64,000 bases of DNA from Lachnospiraceae bacterium. Its GTDB lineage: Bacteria; Bacillota; Clostridia; Lachnospirales; Lachnospiraceae. Position numbers and translations under genes: made by a program. Positions 20,943-31,226 of this stretch are shown here, piece by piece; within the stretch, counting starts at the first letter, position 1; the number at the start of each line of letters is the position of its first letter. Below the pieces are notes generated by a model, which saw only the letters and a program-made list of their open reading frames with translations, did not search any database and was not told the origin of the DNA. The stretch spans positions 51-64,050 of the forward strand of contig CAVLCU010000001.1 in assembly GCA_963661545.1 (NCBI GenBank). The letters are read 5' to 3'.

Positions 20943-23246
20943 TTAGTATCTTTTTTTCTTAATTCCCTTGCTTACTCCCAGGACTGCCCCGCCGGCTATC
21001 AGCAGGAAAGTCCAAAGCCACAGGTCTGACCCATCTCCGGTCTTTACCGCATTCACGGCAGAAGCCTGTCCCCCTGTGGAAGTCTGCTTGCCCGTATCCG
21101 TCTGATTCTGAGGCGTAAGAGGATCCTGCTTGCTTGTATCTTCCTGCTGATCATCCTCCTTCTTATCCTCCTGCTGACCGTCATCCTGTCCATCATCGAT
21201 GGGCTCCGTATCCATAGCCCGCAGCCAGGATAGGATGACCTCATTATTGTGCACCCTCAGGAAATTATTGCCCAGAATGGTGGCAGCTACCTTGATCTTA
21301 TGGATGGCTCCATCCAGGCTCAAGGGATCCTCTGTTCCAAACAGACCCTGAGCCGCCACCAGACTCAGCATCTGGGGATTGTTTCCCTGAATCAGCGGGT
21401 GCTGACTTAAGGCCTCCCCGCTATATCCGCAGGCCCCAAGACCTGCACTCAGAACATTCTTCATATAGATCCCCGCAATCTGACGGTAGATCGTCAGGAG
21501 GGTACCATAGTCTGTGATGGGCTGACCATTGTTATAATCGTTTTCCAGGTTGTCCGATGTCATCTGGCTATAAATCTCCTGGTAGATCTCAGAGCCAAGA
21601 ACCGCCTCTTTGATCACTTCCTCTTCGCTCTTGCTGTCCTGGTCTGCATCCTCGCCACCCTGGACATCTACGTCTGCCTGGACATCCACATCTGCCTGGG
21701 CTTCCACATCTGCCTGGGCTTCCACATCTGCCTGAGCTTCCACATCTGCCTGGGCTTCCGCATCTGCCTGAGCTTCCACGTCTGCCTGGGCTTCCACATC
21801 TGCCTGGGTTTCCGCATCTGCCTGAGCTTCCACATCTGCCTGGGCTTCCGCCTCCTCGCCCTCTTGCTTGCCGGAGGCCTGATCCTCCTCCGAGCCGGTC
21901 CCATCCTCTGCCAGGCTCGGAAGCAATGCCTCTTTCCAATTCTCATCCAGCGGCGTATCTGCCAGATTCTTACTATTGATATATTGCTCTACCCAATTGT
22001 AGAGGAAGAGCATCACAAGCAGGGGTTTCGCTGATTTGCTTGCCGCCGCCCCACTGGTAAATGCAGCTACTGTATCGTCATCCTCTCCGATCAGAAATGC
22101 GGTAGCCTCGGTAACCGCCTCCTGATATTCCTGGGCATAGGTTGTCCGATCCGGAATAATGGTATTGCTGATCGCCTGCAGCCGATTGATGACAAAATCC
22201 CGTTCGGTAGTGGTACTCTCCGGATCCGGTACGATAGAAATACTGCCATCCTCCGTCACTCCCAACTTCATACCCTGGAAGTTATCCGGATCCTCACTGG
22301 TTGTATAAGTCTGATATACCGCCGGATTGGTTTGAGCAAGATAGGTAAGCATCCGAGCCTTGGTATCCCCATTGTGGACATCCAGGGCTTCATCCTTGCC
22401 ATAGCGGTCAAAACCCCAGACAGCCATGGGCAGCATGGCAACTGCATCGTAATCCGCATAATAATTGTGAATATTGTTGTATTTCTCGTCCCTGGGATTT
22501 AATTCCGCAGCCGCTGTAAAGGGAGTTCCAAAGGTATAATCGTATACATTTTCCGGAGATACCTCCAGTCCGATATAGGTCTTGGAATCCTCCACCAAAG
22601 CCGCTCCAATCAGGTTGGCCACGGCAGCCCCCCTGCTATATCCGGCTGTCCATACCTTCACCGTCTTGCCTGCAAAGGCCTCCGGATAGCGGCTGACATA
22701 ATCCCGGGCAAAGCGAAAGATAATATCCCGTCCTGTCTGAAAGCCTGCATGCAATCCACTATCGCCTATATTGAAATTACCGCCCCATTCCGCCTCATAT
22801 CCGGCACTTCTGGGAACCAGCGCCAGCAAGACGGAGTCCCCCAGATCCTTGTAGGCCGCTATGGCACCCATGGAATTCTGGCTCATCTTCTGCTGATAAT
22901 CCTCATTCACCTCAATGTTCTGAAATCCCAGCTGGTTCAGCAGATCCTGGATATTCCTGCTCTTCTGGGGATAATCCACATCGTTGCTGCTGATGGAGGA
23001 GGATGCCAATATCATGGACATCACTGCCAGGTGAATATCCGTTTCGTAGGCTGATTTGCTAAAGAAACTGTCGCTGTAGACATAGGAATCCGTCAAATCA
23101 TGATCATTGTCATGGGCAGCAAAAGTAAAGGTTCCCTTAATACAAGTGGAACCTGCTGCTGCAGCCGGCAGACAAGAGCCTACCACCAAACCGGCCGTCA
23201 CGATCGCCGCACAAGCCTTTCTCCCCAGCTTCCTCATAAAATTCAT
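20943..23246 (-). CDS. Sortase-anchored lipase-like alpha/beta hydrolase with internal acidic repeat
   Basis: Signal peptide; WTAGYSRGA, DAVAMLP and VHNNEVILSWL; VKTGD + TM + KKKRY. Confidence 0.8.
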   Translation of the reverse strand: MNFMRKLGRKACAAIVTAGLVVGSCLPAAAAGSTCIKGTFTFAAHDNDHDLTDSYVYSDSFFSKSAYETDIHLAVMSMILASSSISSNDVDYPQKSRNIQDLLNQLGFQNIEVNEDYQQKMSQNSMGAIAAYKDLGDSVLLALVPRSAGYEAEWGGNFNIGDSGLHAGFQTGRDIIFRFARDYVSRYPEAFAGKTVKVWTAGYSRGAAVANLIGAALVEDSKTYIGLEVSPENVYDYTFGTPFTAAAELNPRDEKYNNIHNYYADYDAVAMLPMAVWGFDRYGKDEALDVHNGDTKARMLTYLAQTNPAVYQTYTTSEDPDNFQGMKLGVTEDGSISIVPDPESTTTERDFVINRLQAISNTIIPDRTTYAQEYQEAVTEATAFLIGEDDDTVAAFTSGAAASKSAKPLLVMLFLYNWVEQYINSKNLADTPLDENWKEALLPSLAEDGTGSEEDQASGKQEGEEAEAQADVEAQADAETQADVEAQADVEAQADAEAQADVEAQADVEAQADVEAQADVDVQADVDVQGGEDADQDSKSEEEVIKEAVLGSEIYQEIYSQMTSDNLENDYNNGQPITDYGTLLTIYRQIAGIYMKNVLSAGLGACGYSGEALSQHPLIQGNNPQMLSLVAAQGLFGTEDPLSLDGAIHKIKVAATILGNNFLRVHNNEVILSWLRAMDTEPIDDGQDDGQQEDKKEDDQQEDTSKQDPLTPQNQTDTGKQTSTGGQASAVNAVKTGDGSDLWLWTFLLIAGGAVLGVSKGIKKKRY
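21659..21850 (-). repeat. In-frame 18-bp tandem repeat, about 10 copies of (A/T/V)QAD(V/A)(E/D)
   Basis: CATCTGCCTG(G/A)GCTTCC(A/G) units on the + strand; protein EAQADVEAQADAETQADVE... Confidence 0.95.
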
Positions 23247-23396
23247 AGGTTTTTCTCCTTTTTTCCGGCACTGATCTGCCTCTGGTTACACATACTATCC
23301 CCATTATAAACAGATTCTCCTGATTTGGAAAGAGAAAATTAGCCTAAAATTCCCTTCCGGGCAAAAAAAATTCCGGCAAACCTTCCAAGCCGGGAA

Positions 23397-23984
23397 TCAA
23401 TCCCTGGCAAGCTCTGACCGGATCCTCTCCAGGCAGTCCTCCAGGCTGGTATTGTTGGAAAAACGGGTCCCAATACCTGCCTGCCGGATCTTCTCCTCTG
23501 AGAAATCCTGACAATCCGCCAGAAAGCGGCGGCACATTTCTGCATACCTGGGTTCCTCCTGCTTCTTTTCCCGATCCAGGGCTCGCTGCAGGCGGATTCC
23601 ATCCTCCGTTTCTATATAAATGGGACAGATCTTGTCCTCCCCGAAATATTCCTTCATTTTCTGATAGGATTCCAGGGTACCGATTCCTATATAATCCCGG
23701 ACATCCAGCTGGAACTGACCCAGATCTGCCGTAAAATAATACCAAGGTCCGCAGACCGTATCATATCTGCGCTCCTCTATGATCCTGCCCTGCTTTCGCA
23801 AGGCACACAATTCCTCCTGGTCAACAAAAAAATACTCCCGCCCATTGCATTCCCCCTTACGAATCGGGCGGGTGGTATAAAGGATCAGGGGGGACAGCTT
23901 CAGGCTGGGATCCTCCTTCAAGGCCTCATAGATATGATCCTTTCCACAGGCACTTTTCCCCATGATATAATAAATCTTTCCCAT
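23397..23984 (-). CDS. Guanylate kinase-like protein
   Basis: GKSACGKD P-loop and YTTRPIRKGECNGREYFFV. Confidence 0.8.
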   Translation of the reverse strand: MGKIYYIMGKSACGKDHIYEALKEDPSLKLSPLILYTTRPIRKGECNGREYFFVDQEELCALRKQGRIIEERRYDTVCGPWYYFTADLGQFQLDVRDYIGIGTLESYQKMKEYFGEDKICPIYIETEDGIRLQRALDREKKQEEPRYAEMCRRFLADCQDFSEEKIRQAGIGTRFSNNTSLEDCLERIRSELARD

Positions 23985-24023
23985 AGACAGCTTCCTTCTG
24001 TTCCAATCTCGCCTGAGCCTGGC

Positions 24024-24713
24024 TTAGACCTTAAAGCGGTAGCCCACGCCCCAGATGGTTTCAATATATTGGGGTTTGGCTGTGTTGAACTCGATCTTTT
24101 CCCGAATCTTCTTGATATGAACCGTAACCGTTGCGATATCTCCGATGGACTCCATGTCCCAGATCTCCCGAAAGAGCTCCTCCTTGCGGAAGACGTGGTT
24201 GGGGTTCTGAGCCAGGAAGGTCAGGAGGTCGAATTCCTTGGTGGTAAAATTCTTCTCCTCCCCGTTTACCCAGACCCGGCGAGCCGTCTTATCGATCTTG
24301 ATTCCCCGGATCTCTATGATGTCATTCTGGGGCATGCCGCTGCTGATCAGGCGATCATATCGGGCCAGATGCGCCTTGACCCTGGCCACCATCTCGCTGG
24401 GGGAAAAGGGTTTGGTCATATAATCATCGGCCCCCAGCCCCAGACCCCGGATCTTATCAATATCATCCTTCTTGGCGGATACGATGATAATGGGCGTATT
24501 CTTCTTATCCCGAATCTCCTTACAGATCTCGAAGCCGTCCACCTCCGGCAGCATCAGATCCAGAATATAGAGATCGAATTCCTCCTTCAGCGCCCGTTCC
24601 AGCCCTCTATCACCCCGATTCTCGATCTCTACCTCAAAGCCTGACAGCTCCAGATAGTCCCTCTCCAGATCGGCGATTGTCTCTTCATCCTCAATGATCA
24701 ATATCCTGCTCAT
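24024..24713 (-). CDS. OmpR-family response regulator
   Basis: IIEDE, LDLMLP, GADDYMTKPF, and winged-helix IETIWGVGY. Confidence 0.95.
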   Translation of the reverse strand: MSRILIIEDEETIADLERDYLELSGFEVEIENRGDRGLERALKEEFDLYILDLMLPEVDGFEICKEIRDKKNTPIIIVSAKKDDIDKIRGLGLGADDYMTKPFSPSEMVARVKAHLARYDRLISSGMPQNDIIEIRGIKIDKTARRVWVNGEEKNFTTKEFDLLTFLAQNPNHVFRKEELFREIWDMESIGDIATVTVHIKKIREKIEFNTAKPQYIETIWGVGYRFKV

Positions 24714-26263
24714 TTGTCCTTCCCTCCCCCTGCTTCCTGGTCCTCCGGTGTTACCTCTTGGTATTTTCTTAATACAAAATACATGACAGTTCCCACACCC
24801 TCCCTGCTGGTGGCCCAGACCTTTCCTCCGTGATCCTCCAGGATCTTCCGGACGATAGACAGGCCGATGCCGCTGCCGCCCCGGGCGGAATTCCGGGAAG
24901 CATCGGTCCGATAGAAGCGGTCAAAGATCTTGGGCAAATCCTTCTGGGCGATGCCCTTTCCATTATCCTCAATCTCCACCTGTATGAAATCTCCCACATC
25001 CCGAAGGCGGATATTAATGACCCGGCGGGGCTTATCCATATATTTCATGGAATTGCTGATAATATTGTTGATGACCCGCTTCAATTGCTCTGCATCTGCG
25101 ATGACGATCTCATCCCCCTCCAGATAATTGAAGTAGATCAGCTCGATATGCTTAGACTCCAGTTCCAGATTCAACTCCTCCACACAATCCTCGAAATAGT
25201 CGGAGACCTGGATCTTGGTAAAGGTATAGGGAATCCGGTTGGTATCGATCTTGGAATAGAAGGTCAGCTCATTGATCAGACGATCCATCTCATTGGCCTT
25301 GTTATAAATGGTTCGAATGTAACGATCCATCTTCTCCGGGGTATCCGCCACCCCGTCCATAATCCCTTCCACATAGCCCTTGACTGCCGTGATAGGGGTC
25401 TTCAGGTCATGGGAAATATTGCTGATGAGCTCCTTGTTATCGGCATCAAAGCCGATCTTCTCCTCTGCCGACTCCTTCAGCCGCCGCCGCATCTCTTCAA
25501 AATCCTCACAGAGGTCATTGACCTCCTCCACCCCGTTGCCCTCCACGGTAAAATCCAGATTCCCATCCCGGATATTCTGGGCTGCCTTCTTCAGCTGGGT
25601 CAAAGGAGTGATAACCCCCCGATAGATCCACAGGCTCATAGCCAGGCTGGTCATAACCAGGATAATGGTCACGATAATGGCCAGATCCAGGACCCAGCTC
25701 CGGATGCCGGGGGAAACCTGATTCATGCGGATAATGAGGAAGATACTGCCTTTACTTCCGTCCTGAAAGGTAAAATCCACCTGTTTGACCATGGACTGGT
25801 CTTCCGTCCGGATATAGGTGGAATTATCCGAGCCGGCATAGACATCTCCGTATTGGGGCAAATCCTCCAAAAGATCCTTATCGCTGACGCTGGTAGAACC
25901 ATTGTAATAAATCCTGTCATCCTTACGTACCACCAGATAGGCATGATCCTTGCCTAAGTCCTCATTGAGCTGGTTCAGATAAGCATTATCCTCCAGCCGA
26001 TCCGGTTCCTGCTCCGCCTGCTGGCGGATCTTCTGGAGCTCCGAGGCCATCATCTTGGAAACCAGAAATGAATTGTCATAGATGGTCTCATAGGTCAGAT
26101 TCTCAATCCCATATTCCTTGGCAATGCTCTTTAACTTATAGTGCAAAAAGCCATAAAAAACCACCCCGGTCAGAACGACGGGGATCAGGATGATCGCCAA
26201 AAAAGCAATGGCGATACGGGTTTTCAATTTCATACTGCTTCTGACCTTATTCTTTGCCTTCAT
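24710..26263 (-). CDS. HAMP-domain sensor histidine kinase
   Basis: Two TM segments, HAMP, ISHDLKTP, N-box, DNGKG and GSGIGL. ATGA overlap with the regulator. Start may be 26233. Confidence 0.93.
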   Translation of the reverse strand: MKAKNKVRSSMKLKTRIAIAFLAIILIPVVLTGVVFYGFLHYKLKSIAKEYGIENLTYETIYDNSFLVSKMMASELQKIRQQAEQEPDRLEDNAYLNQLNEDLGKDHAYLVVRKDDRIYYNGSTSVSDKDLLEDLPQYGDVYAGSDNSTYIRTEDQSMVKQVDFTFQDGSKGSIFLIIRMNQVSPGIRSWVLDLAIIVTIILVMTSLAMSLWIYRGVITPLTQLKKAAQNIRDGNLDFTVEGNGVEEVNDLCEDFEEMRRRLKESAEEKIGFDADNKELISNISHDLKTPITAVKGYVEGIMDGVADTPEKMDRYIRTIYNKANEMDRLINELTFYSKIDTNRIPYTFTKIQVSDYFEDCVEELNLELESKHIELIYFNYLEGDEIVIADAEQLKRVINNIISNSMKYMDKPRRVINIRLRDVGDFIQVEIEDNGKGIAQKDLPKIFDRFYRTDASRNSARGGSGIGLSIVRKILEDHGGKVWATSREGVGTVMYFVLRKYQEVTPEDQEAGGGKDK

Positions 26264-26445
26264 GCGTAAAGCCTTCTCTTTCCTGCAAGCCCTAAGCCGC
26301 CGGCTCCTCTCTTGGAGGCTCTTCGCCCCCGGCAGAGCCTTATTTCAACTGTAGTATAACACACACTTTTTCGATTTTCACCTAAAGTAAACAGGTTGAT
26401 TCTAAAGTTTTTGTAAAATGCAAGCCCGGCGGGAGCCTCCGGGGA

Positions 26446-26540
26446 GTCCGGGAAATGGGACATTTTCGCAGGAGTGTCCGGGAAATGAGACATTTTCGCA
26501 GGAGTGTCCGGAAAGTGGGACATTTTCGCGGGAGTGTCCG
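26446..26540. repeat. 30-bp tandem repeat, about 3 copies, in the divergent kinase/metK intergenic region
   Basis: GTCCGG(G/A)AA(A/G)TG(G/A)GACATTTTCGC(A/G)GGAGT repeated without spacers. Confidence 0.92.
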
Positions 26541-26558
26541 AAGAGGGGGAACTCCCTC

Positions 26559-26587
26559 TTGACGCAGGGTCAAAAAGGGTTTAAGGT
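26559..26587 (+). promoter_or_regulatory. Putative sigmaA promoter for metK
   Basis: TTGACG-17 nt-TAAGGT, upstream of the riboswitch. Confidence 0.55.
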
Positions 26588-26621
26588 AGCTAACGAAGAT
26601 GCTGTTAATCTATCGGCTTTT

Positions 26622-26734
26622 CTCTTATTCAGAGTGGCGGAGGTACATAGGACCTGTGAAACCACGGCAACCCCGGTGATGGAAGGTGCCAGCCTGAGCG
26701 AAATATTCGAACAGAAATATTCGAACAATAAGAG
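26622..26734 (+). ncRNA. SAM-I (S-box) riboswitch aptamer
   Basis: CTCTTATTCAGAG...GGAGG...GAAACCACGGCAACC...GGTGCC...AATAAGAG with P1 pairing CTCTTATT/AATAAGAG, directly upstream of metK. Confidence 0.88.
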
Positions 26735-26758
26735 GATTTCATCTTGCAATCGCTTGTT

Positions 26759-26783
26759 GAGTCCATCTTATGATGGGCTTTTT
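26759..26783 (+). terminator. Riboswitch expression-platform terminator
   Basis: AGTCCATC-TTAT-GATGGGCT followed by TTTT. Confidence 0.75.
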
Positions 26784-26848
26784 GCATTTCAGGACATTCC
26801 TTTCCAGGAGAAGAGAACGAAACAACTGACCAATGAGGAGAAGAAAGA

Positions 26849-28039
26849 ATGGAAAAAAGACTTTTTACTTCTGAATCTGTTACGGAAGGCCATCCGGACA
26901 AAATCTGTGACCAGATCTCTGATGCGATTCTGGACGCTTTGGTAGCCCAGGATCCCATGAGCCGTGTAGCCTGCGAGACCTGCACCACCACCGGTGTTGT
27001 GATGGTCATGGGAGAGATTACCTCCAATGCCAGGATCGACATCCAGCAGATCGTCCGTGATACCGTGGCTGAGATCGGTTATACCCGCGGCAAGTTCGGC
27101 TTTGATGCCGAGACCTGTGCGGTCATCACAGCCCTTGACAAGCAATCCACCGACATTGCCATGGGCGTTGACAAGGCTCTGGAGGCCAAGGAGAATACCA
27201 TGTCCGACGCTGACATCGATGCCATCGGCGCCGGTGACCAGGGAATGATGTTTGGCTATGCCAACAATGAGACGGAGGAATATATGCCTTATCCCATCGC
27301 TCTGGCCCATAAGCTGGCGCTGCGCCTGACCCAGGTGCGCAAAGACGGCACCCTGCCCTATCTGCGTCCGGATGGCAAGACCCAGGTGACCGTGGAATAC
27401 AATGAGGAGGGCAAGCCCTTCCGCCTGGACGCCGTGGTTCTGTCTACCCAGCACGGTCCGGAGGTCAGCCAGGAACAGATTCACGAGGATATCAAAAAAT
27501 ACGTATTTGATCCTATCCTTCCCAAGGATATGCTGGATGAGGAAACCAAATATTTCATCAATCCCACGGGCCGCTTCGTCATCGGCGGACCCCACGGAGA
27601 TTCCGGCCTGACCGGCCGTAAGATCATCGTAGACACCTACGGCGGTTATGCCCGTCACGGCGGCGGCGCCTTCTCCGGCAAGGACTGCACCAAGGTAGAC
27701 CGGTCTGCAGCCTATGCCGCCCGTTATGTGGCCAAGAATCTGGTGGCTGCCGGTCTGGCTGACAAGTGTGAGCTTCAGCTGTCCTATGCCATCGGGGTAG
27801 CTCATCCCACCTCCGTTCAGGTGGATACCTTCGGAACCGGCAAGCTGTCCGATGACCAGCTGACCCAGATCGTCCGTGATAACTTCGACCTTCGTCCCGC
27901 CGGCATCATCAAGATGCTGGATCTGCGTCGTCCCATCTACAAGCAGACCGCAGCCTATGGCCACTTTGGCCGTAACGACCTGGATCTGCCCTGGGAGAAG
28001 CTGGACAAGGTAGAAGTTCTAAAGAAGTACCTGCATTGA
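26849..28039 (+). CDS. metK: S-adenosylmethionine synthetase
   Basis: [26 protein letters not shown] and GGGAFSGKD. Confidence 0.99.
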   Translation: MEKRLFTSESVTEGHPDKICDQISDAILDALVAQDPMSRVACETCTTTGVVMVMGEITSNARIDIQQIVRDTVAEIGYTRGKFGFDAETCAVITALDKQSTDIAMGVDKALEAKENTMSDADIDAIGAGDQGMMFGYANNETEEYMPYPIALAHKLALRLTQVRKDGTLPYLRPDGKTQVTVEYNEEGKPFRLDAVVLSTQHGPEVSQEQIHEDIKKYVFDPILPKDMLDEETKYFINPTGRFVIGGPHGDSGLTGRKIIVDTYGGYARHGGGAFSGKDCTKVDRSAAYAARYVAKNLVAAGLADKCELQLSYAIGVAHPTSVQVDTFGTGKLSDDQLTQIVRDNFDLRPAGIIKMLDLRRPIYKQTAAYGHFGRNDLDLPWEKLDKVEVLKKYLH

Positions 28040-28124
28040 TCCTGCCGGATTTTATCCTAAGCATCCTTCCGGGCGGATTCGAGACTTTCACCCATTAGAA
28101 ATGTGCACCGCCTGGCTCACGAAT

Positions 28125-28170
28125 AAGAAGGCCTGCTGCCATGGTTTTTCCATGACAGCAGGCCTTTCTT
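28125..28170. terminator. Bidirectional terminator between metK and the MBL gene
   Basis: AAGAAGGCCTGCTGCCATGG...CCATGACAGCAGGCCTTTCTT. Confidence 0.75.
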
Positions 28171-29777
28171 CATCGATCCCACTTATCACACAGGGCTTGA
28201 ATCTGGTTAGTGAATTTGGCCAAATCCTTGTTGGCGCCCCCTTCGTTATGACGGATTACCGTCAACAGACGCTGACCGGCAGCCAGGAGCTTTTCAAAGA
28301 CTGCATTGGCACGTTTTGCCTTCATCTTCTCTGCCTTCCGGGCTATCTTCACCGGATCCGGTGCTTCTATGACGACGCCAAGCTCCAGATCAAAGAGAGT
28401 TCCACTATAGGGAGCCTCGGCATCATAGGACAGCTCCCTGCGCAAGCGCTCCGCAAAGATCTCCGTCACCTGATCTTCCCCATGGGTCACAAAAACCTTT
28501 TGGGGCTTATCCCGGAAGGAAGCGGCCCAGGCCATCAAGCCCTGATTGTCCGCATGGCCGCTGACCCCCGGCAGGGTCTTAACCTGGGCCTTCACCTGAA
28601 TGGTTTCCCCTAAGAGTCTTATCTCCTGGGCCCCGTCCACCAGAGCCCGCCCCGGCGTGCCCACTGCCTGATATCCCACGAAGAGAATCGTAGATTCCGG
28701 CCTCCACAGATTATGCTTCAGATGGTGCTTGATCCGTCCCGCATCGCACATGCCGCTGGCGGAAATGATCACCTTGGGCTCCTCATCGAAGTTAATGGCC
28801 TTGGAATCCTCGCTGGTGATGGAGGTCTTAAGTCCCGGAAAGCGAATGGGGTTGATTCCCTGGGCAATCAGCTTCTTGGCCTCCTCATCAAAGCAATCCT
28901 GATCATGCCTGTCAAAGATACTGGTGGCCTCTATAGCCAGGGGACTGTCGATATAGACGGGGAATCTGTCATGTCCCTTCACCCGCTTCTCTTCCTTGAT
29001 CTGGCGGATAAAATAGAGCATTTCCTGGGTTCTTCCCACGGCAAAGGAGGGAATGACCACATTGCCTCCCCGATCCAGGGTCGTTTGGATCACCTCCGCC
29101 AAAGCCTTCACATAATCCGGTGCTGACCCGTGGCTGCGATCTCCGTAGGTAGATTCCATAATCACATAGTCTGCGGATTCCGGGTAGGTGGGATCCTGGA
29201 TGAGAGGCTGGTGGACATTGCCGATATCCCCGGAAAATACTAATTTTCTTTGAACCTCCCCTTCGGTCAGCCACAGCTCGATGCTGGCAGAACCCAATAA
29301 GTGTCCTGCATCGATAAAACGAACCTCAATTCCAGGAGCCAGGGTCAATCTGCGACCATAGGGCTGGGCAGCCAGCTGCCGAATCAGCCCCATAGCATCC
29401 TCCATGGTATAAACAGGCGGTTCCTCCTCCCGGCCTGCTCTGCGATTCTTCCGATTCTTCCACTCCGCCTCAAACATCTGGATATGGGCACTGTCTCGCA
29501 GCATAATGCTGCACAGATCTGCTGTTGCCTCCGTCGCATAAACCGGTCCTCGAAAGCCATGGGCATAGAGGACCGGCAGGTTGCCGGAATGGTCAATATG
29601 GGCATGGGTCAGAAGAACAAAATCCAGCTGAGAAGCCGGAATCGGAATGGGCTGATTCACATAATCATCCGGTCCCTGCTCCATACCGCAGTCCACCAGG
29701 AACTTCTTGCCTGCTGCCTCCAGATAATAGCAACTTCCTGTCACCTCATGTGCTGCTCCCAGAAACATAAGCCTCAT
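28170..29777 (-). CDS. MBL-fold beta-CASP ribonuclease (YSH1/CPSF73-like)
   Basis: HAHIDHSG, AGHLLGS, FSGDIG, ESTYGDR, AVGRTQE, SGHAD and HGE motifs. Confidence 0.9.
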   Translation of the reverse strand: MRLMFLGAAHEVTGSCYYLEAAGKKFLVDCGMEQGPDDYVNQPIPIPASQLDFVLLTHAHIDHSGNLPVLYAHGFRGPVYATEATADLCSIMLRDSAHIQMFEAEWKNRKNRRAGREEEPPVYTMEDAMGLIRQLAAQPYGRRLTLAPGIEVRFIDAGHLLGSASIELWLTEGEVQRKLVFSGDIGNVHQPLIQDPTYPESADYVIMESTYGDRSHGSAPDYVKALAEVIQTTLDRGGNVVIPSFAVGRTQEMLYFIRQIKEEKRVKGHDRFPVYIDSPLAIEATSIFDRHDQDCFDEEAKKLIAQGINPIRFPGLKTSITSEDSKAINFDEEPKVIISASGMCDAGRIKHHLKHNLWRPESTILFVGYQAVGTPGRALVDGAQEIRLLGETIQVKAQVKTLPGVSGHADNQGLMAWAASFRDKPQKVFVTHGEDQVTEIFAERLRRELSYDAEAPYSGTLFDLELGVVIEAPDPVKIARKAEKMKAKRANAVFEKLLAAGQRLLTVIRHNEGGANKDLAKFTNQIQALCDKWDR

Positions 29778-30001
29778 ACTGTCAAAACCTCCCCTGCTGT
29801 CTCCGGCCTGCGTAAGTAGTATAAGCTCTTAGAGATTACGCAGGCCGGGGCCTTGCTCTTACTTAATTGTGATATTCTTCCCTCTCTTCTCCTTCCCTCT
29901 TCATTTCTTCTTATACTACACTAAGAATACGTCTGAGACAGAAGGAATGTTACACCTTGCAGATATCTTTTGATGAGCTTGGAACGACAGCCTTTCACAC
30001 C

Positions 30002-30030
30002 TTGACTTTTTCTGCCTGCCGCCGGATAAT
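30002..30030 (+). promoter_or_regulatory. Putative sigmaA promoter for murG
   Basis: TTGACT-17 nt-GATAAT. Confidence 0.55.
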
Positions 30031-30123
30031 AAAGCCAGTATATAGCTGGTTCCCTATCTTGCACTCCCCCACAGGCATGGATCCGCCGGATCCTCGCCTG
30101 CACTTAAGGAAAGGATGTTAGCC

Positions 30124-31206
30124 ATGAAACATATCATACTTACCGGCGGCGGTACTGCCGGACATGTGACGCCCAATATTGCCCTGATCCCCGGACTTTG
30201 GGATCTGGGATACAGGATTTCCTACATTGGCTCCCACCAGGGCATCGAGAAGAAGCTGATCGAGGATATGGATATCCCCTATTATCCCATCTCCTCCGGC
30301 AAGCTTCGCCGCTACTTCAATCCAAAGAACTTCTCGGATCCCTTTCGCGTGCTGAAGGGTATCCAGGAGGCCAAGGCTCTGATGAAGGAGCTGAAGCCGG
30401 ATGTGGTCTTCTCCAAAGGGGGCTTCGTCTCCGTTCCTGTGGTGCTGGCTGCCAAAAGCTGCAAGGTTCCGGTGCTGATCCACGAATCGGATATGACTCC
30501 GGGTCTGGCCAATAAGCTGTGCATTCCCTCTGCTTCCGTCATTTGCTGCAATTTTCCGGAGACCCTGGACCACCTTCCCAAGAAGAAGGCGGTGGTAACC
30601 GGTACCCCCATCCGCCGGGAGCTCATGTCCGGCGACAAGGCTGCCGCCTTGCACTTCTGCGGATTTACCCCGGACAAGCCGGTTATCCTGGTCATCGGTG
30701 GCAGCCTGGGTTCTGTAGTAGTCAATGATGCGGTTCGCCATATCCTGCCGGACCTTTTGGAGGACTTCCAGGTAATCCACCTCTGCGGCAAAGACAAGCT
30801 GGATCCCTCTCTCCAGCACCTGCAGGGTTATGCCCAGTTCGAGTATATCAAGAAGGAGCTGGCGGATCTCTTCGCAGCCGCCTCCCTGGTCATCTCTCGA
30901 GCCGGTGCCAATGCCATCTGCGAGATCAGTGCCCTGGCCAAACCCAACCTCCTGATCCCCCTGTCGGCCAAAGCCAGCCGGGGAGACCAGATCCTCAACG
31001 CCCGCTCCTTTGAAAAGCAGGGCTACAGCATGGTATTGGAGGAAGAGGATCTGACCCATGAGACCCTCCTTGCTGCTATCCACTGCCTCTATGAAAATCG
31101 CCAAACCTACCGATCCGCCATGGAAAATAGCAGTCATACCGATGCTGTGAAAACCATCCTGGCTCTCATCCAGGAATACCAAAAGCCCTCCGGGGAATCC
31201 CTGTAG
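30124..31206 (+). CDS. murG: UDP-N-acetylglucosamine:lipid I transferase MurG
   Basis: TGGGTAGHV, KGGFVSVP, HESD, GGSLGS, SRAGANA and DQILNA. Confidence 0.95.
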   Translation: MKHIILTGGGTAGHVTPNIALIPGLWDLGYRISYIGSHQGIEKKLIEDMDIPYYPISSGKLRRYFNPKNFSDPFRVLKGIQEAKALMKELKPDVVFSKGGFVSVPVVLAAKSCKVPVLIHESDMTPGLANKLCIPSASVICCNFPETLDHLPKKKAVVTGTPIRRELMSGDKAAALHFCGFTPDKPVILVIGGSLGSVVVNDAVRHILPDLLEDFQVIHLCGKDKLDPSLQHLQGYAQFEYIKKELADLFAAASLVISRAGANAICEISALAKPNLLIPLSAKASRGDQILNARSFEKQGYSMVLEEEDLTHETLLAAIHCLYENRQTYRSAMENSSHTDAVKTILALIQEYQKPSGESL

Positions 31207-31226
31207 GATCTGCCCTCCGACACGGG

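Noticed and set aside
26446..26540. 30-bp repeats as a CRISPR array
   Set aside because: Units are contiguous with no unique spacers, and no cas genes are in the window.
26260..26573. Small ORFs with MSHFPDTPAK repeats as peptide precursors
   Set aside because: They are by-products of the 30-bp DNA repeat; no clear SD and no maturation enzymes nearby.
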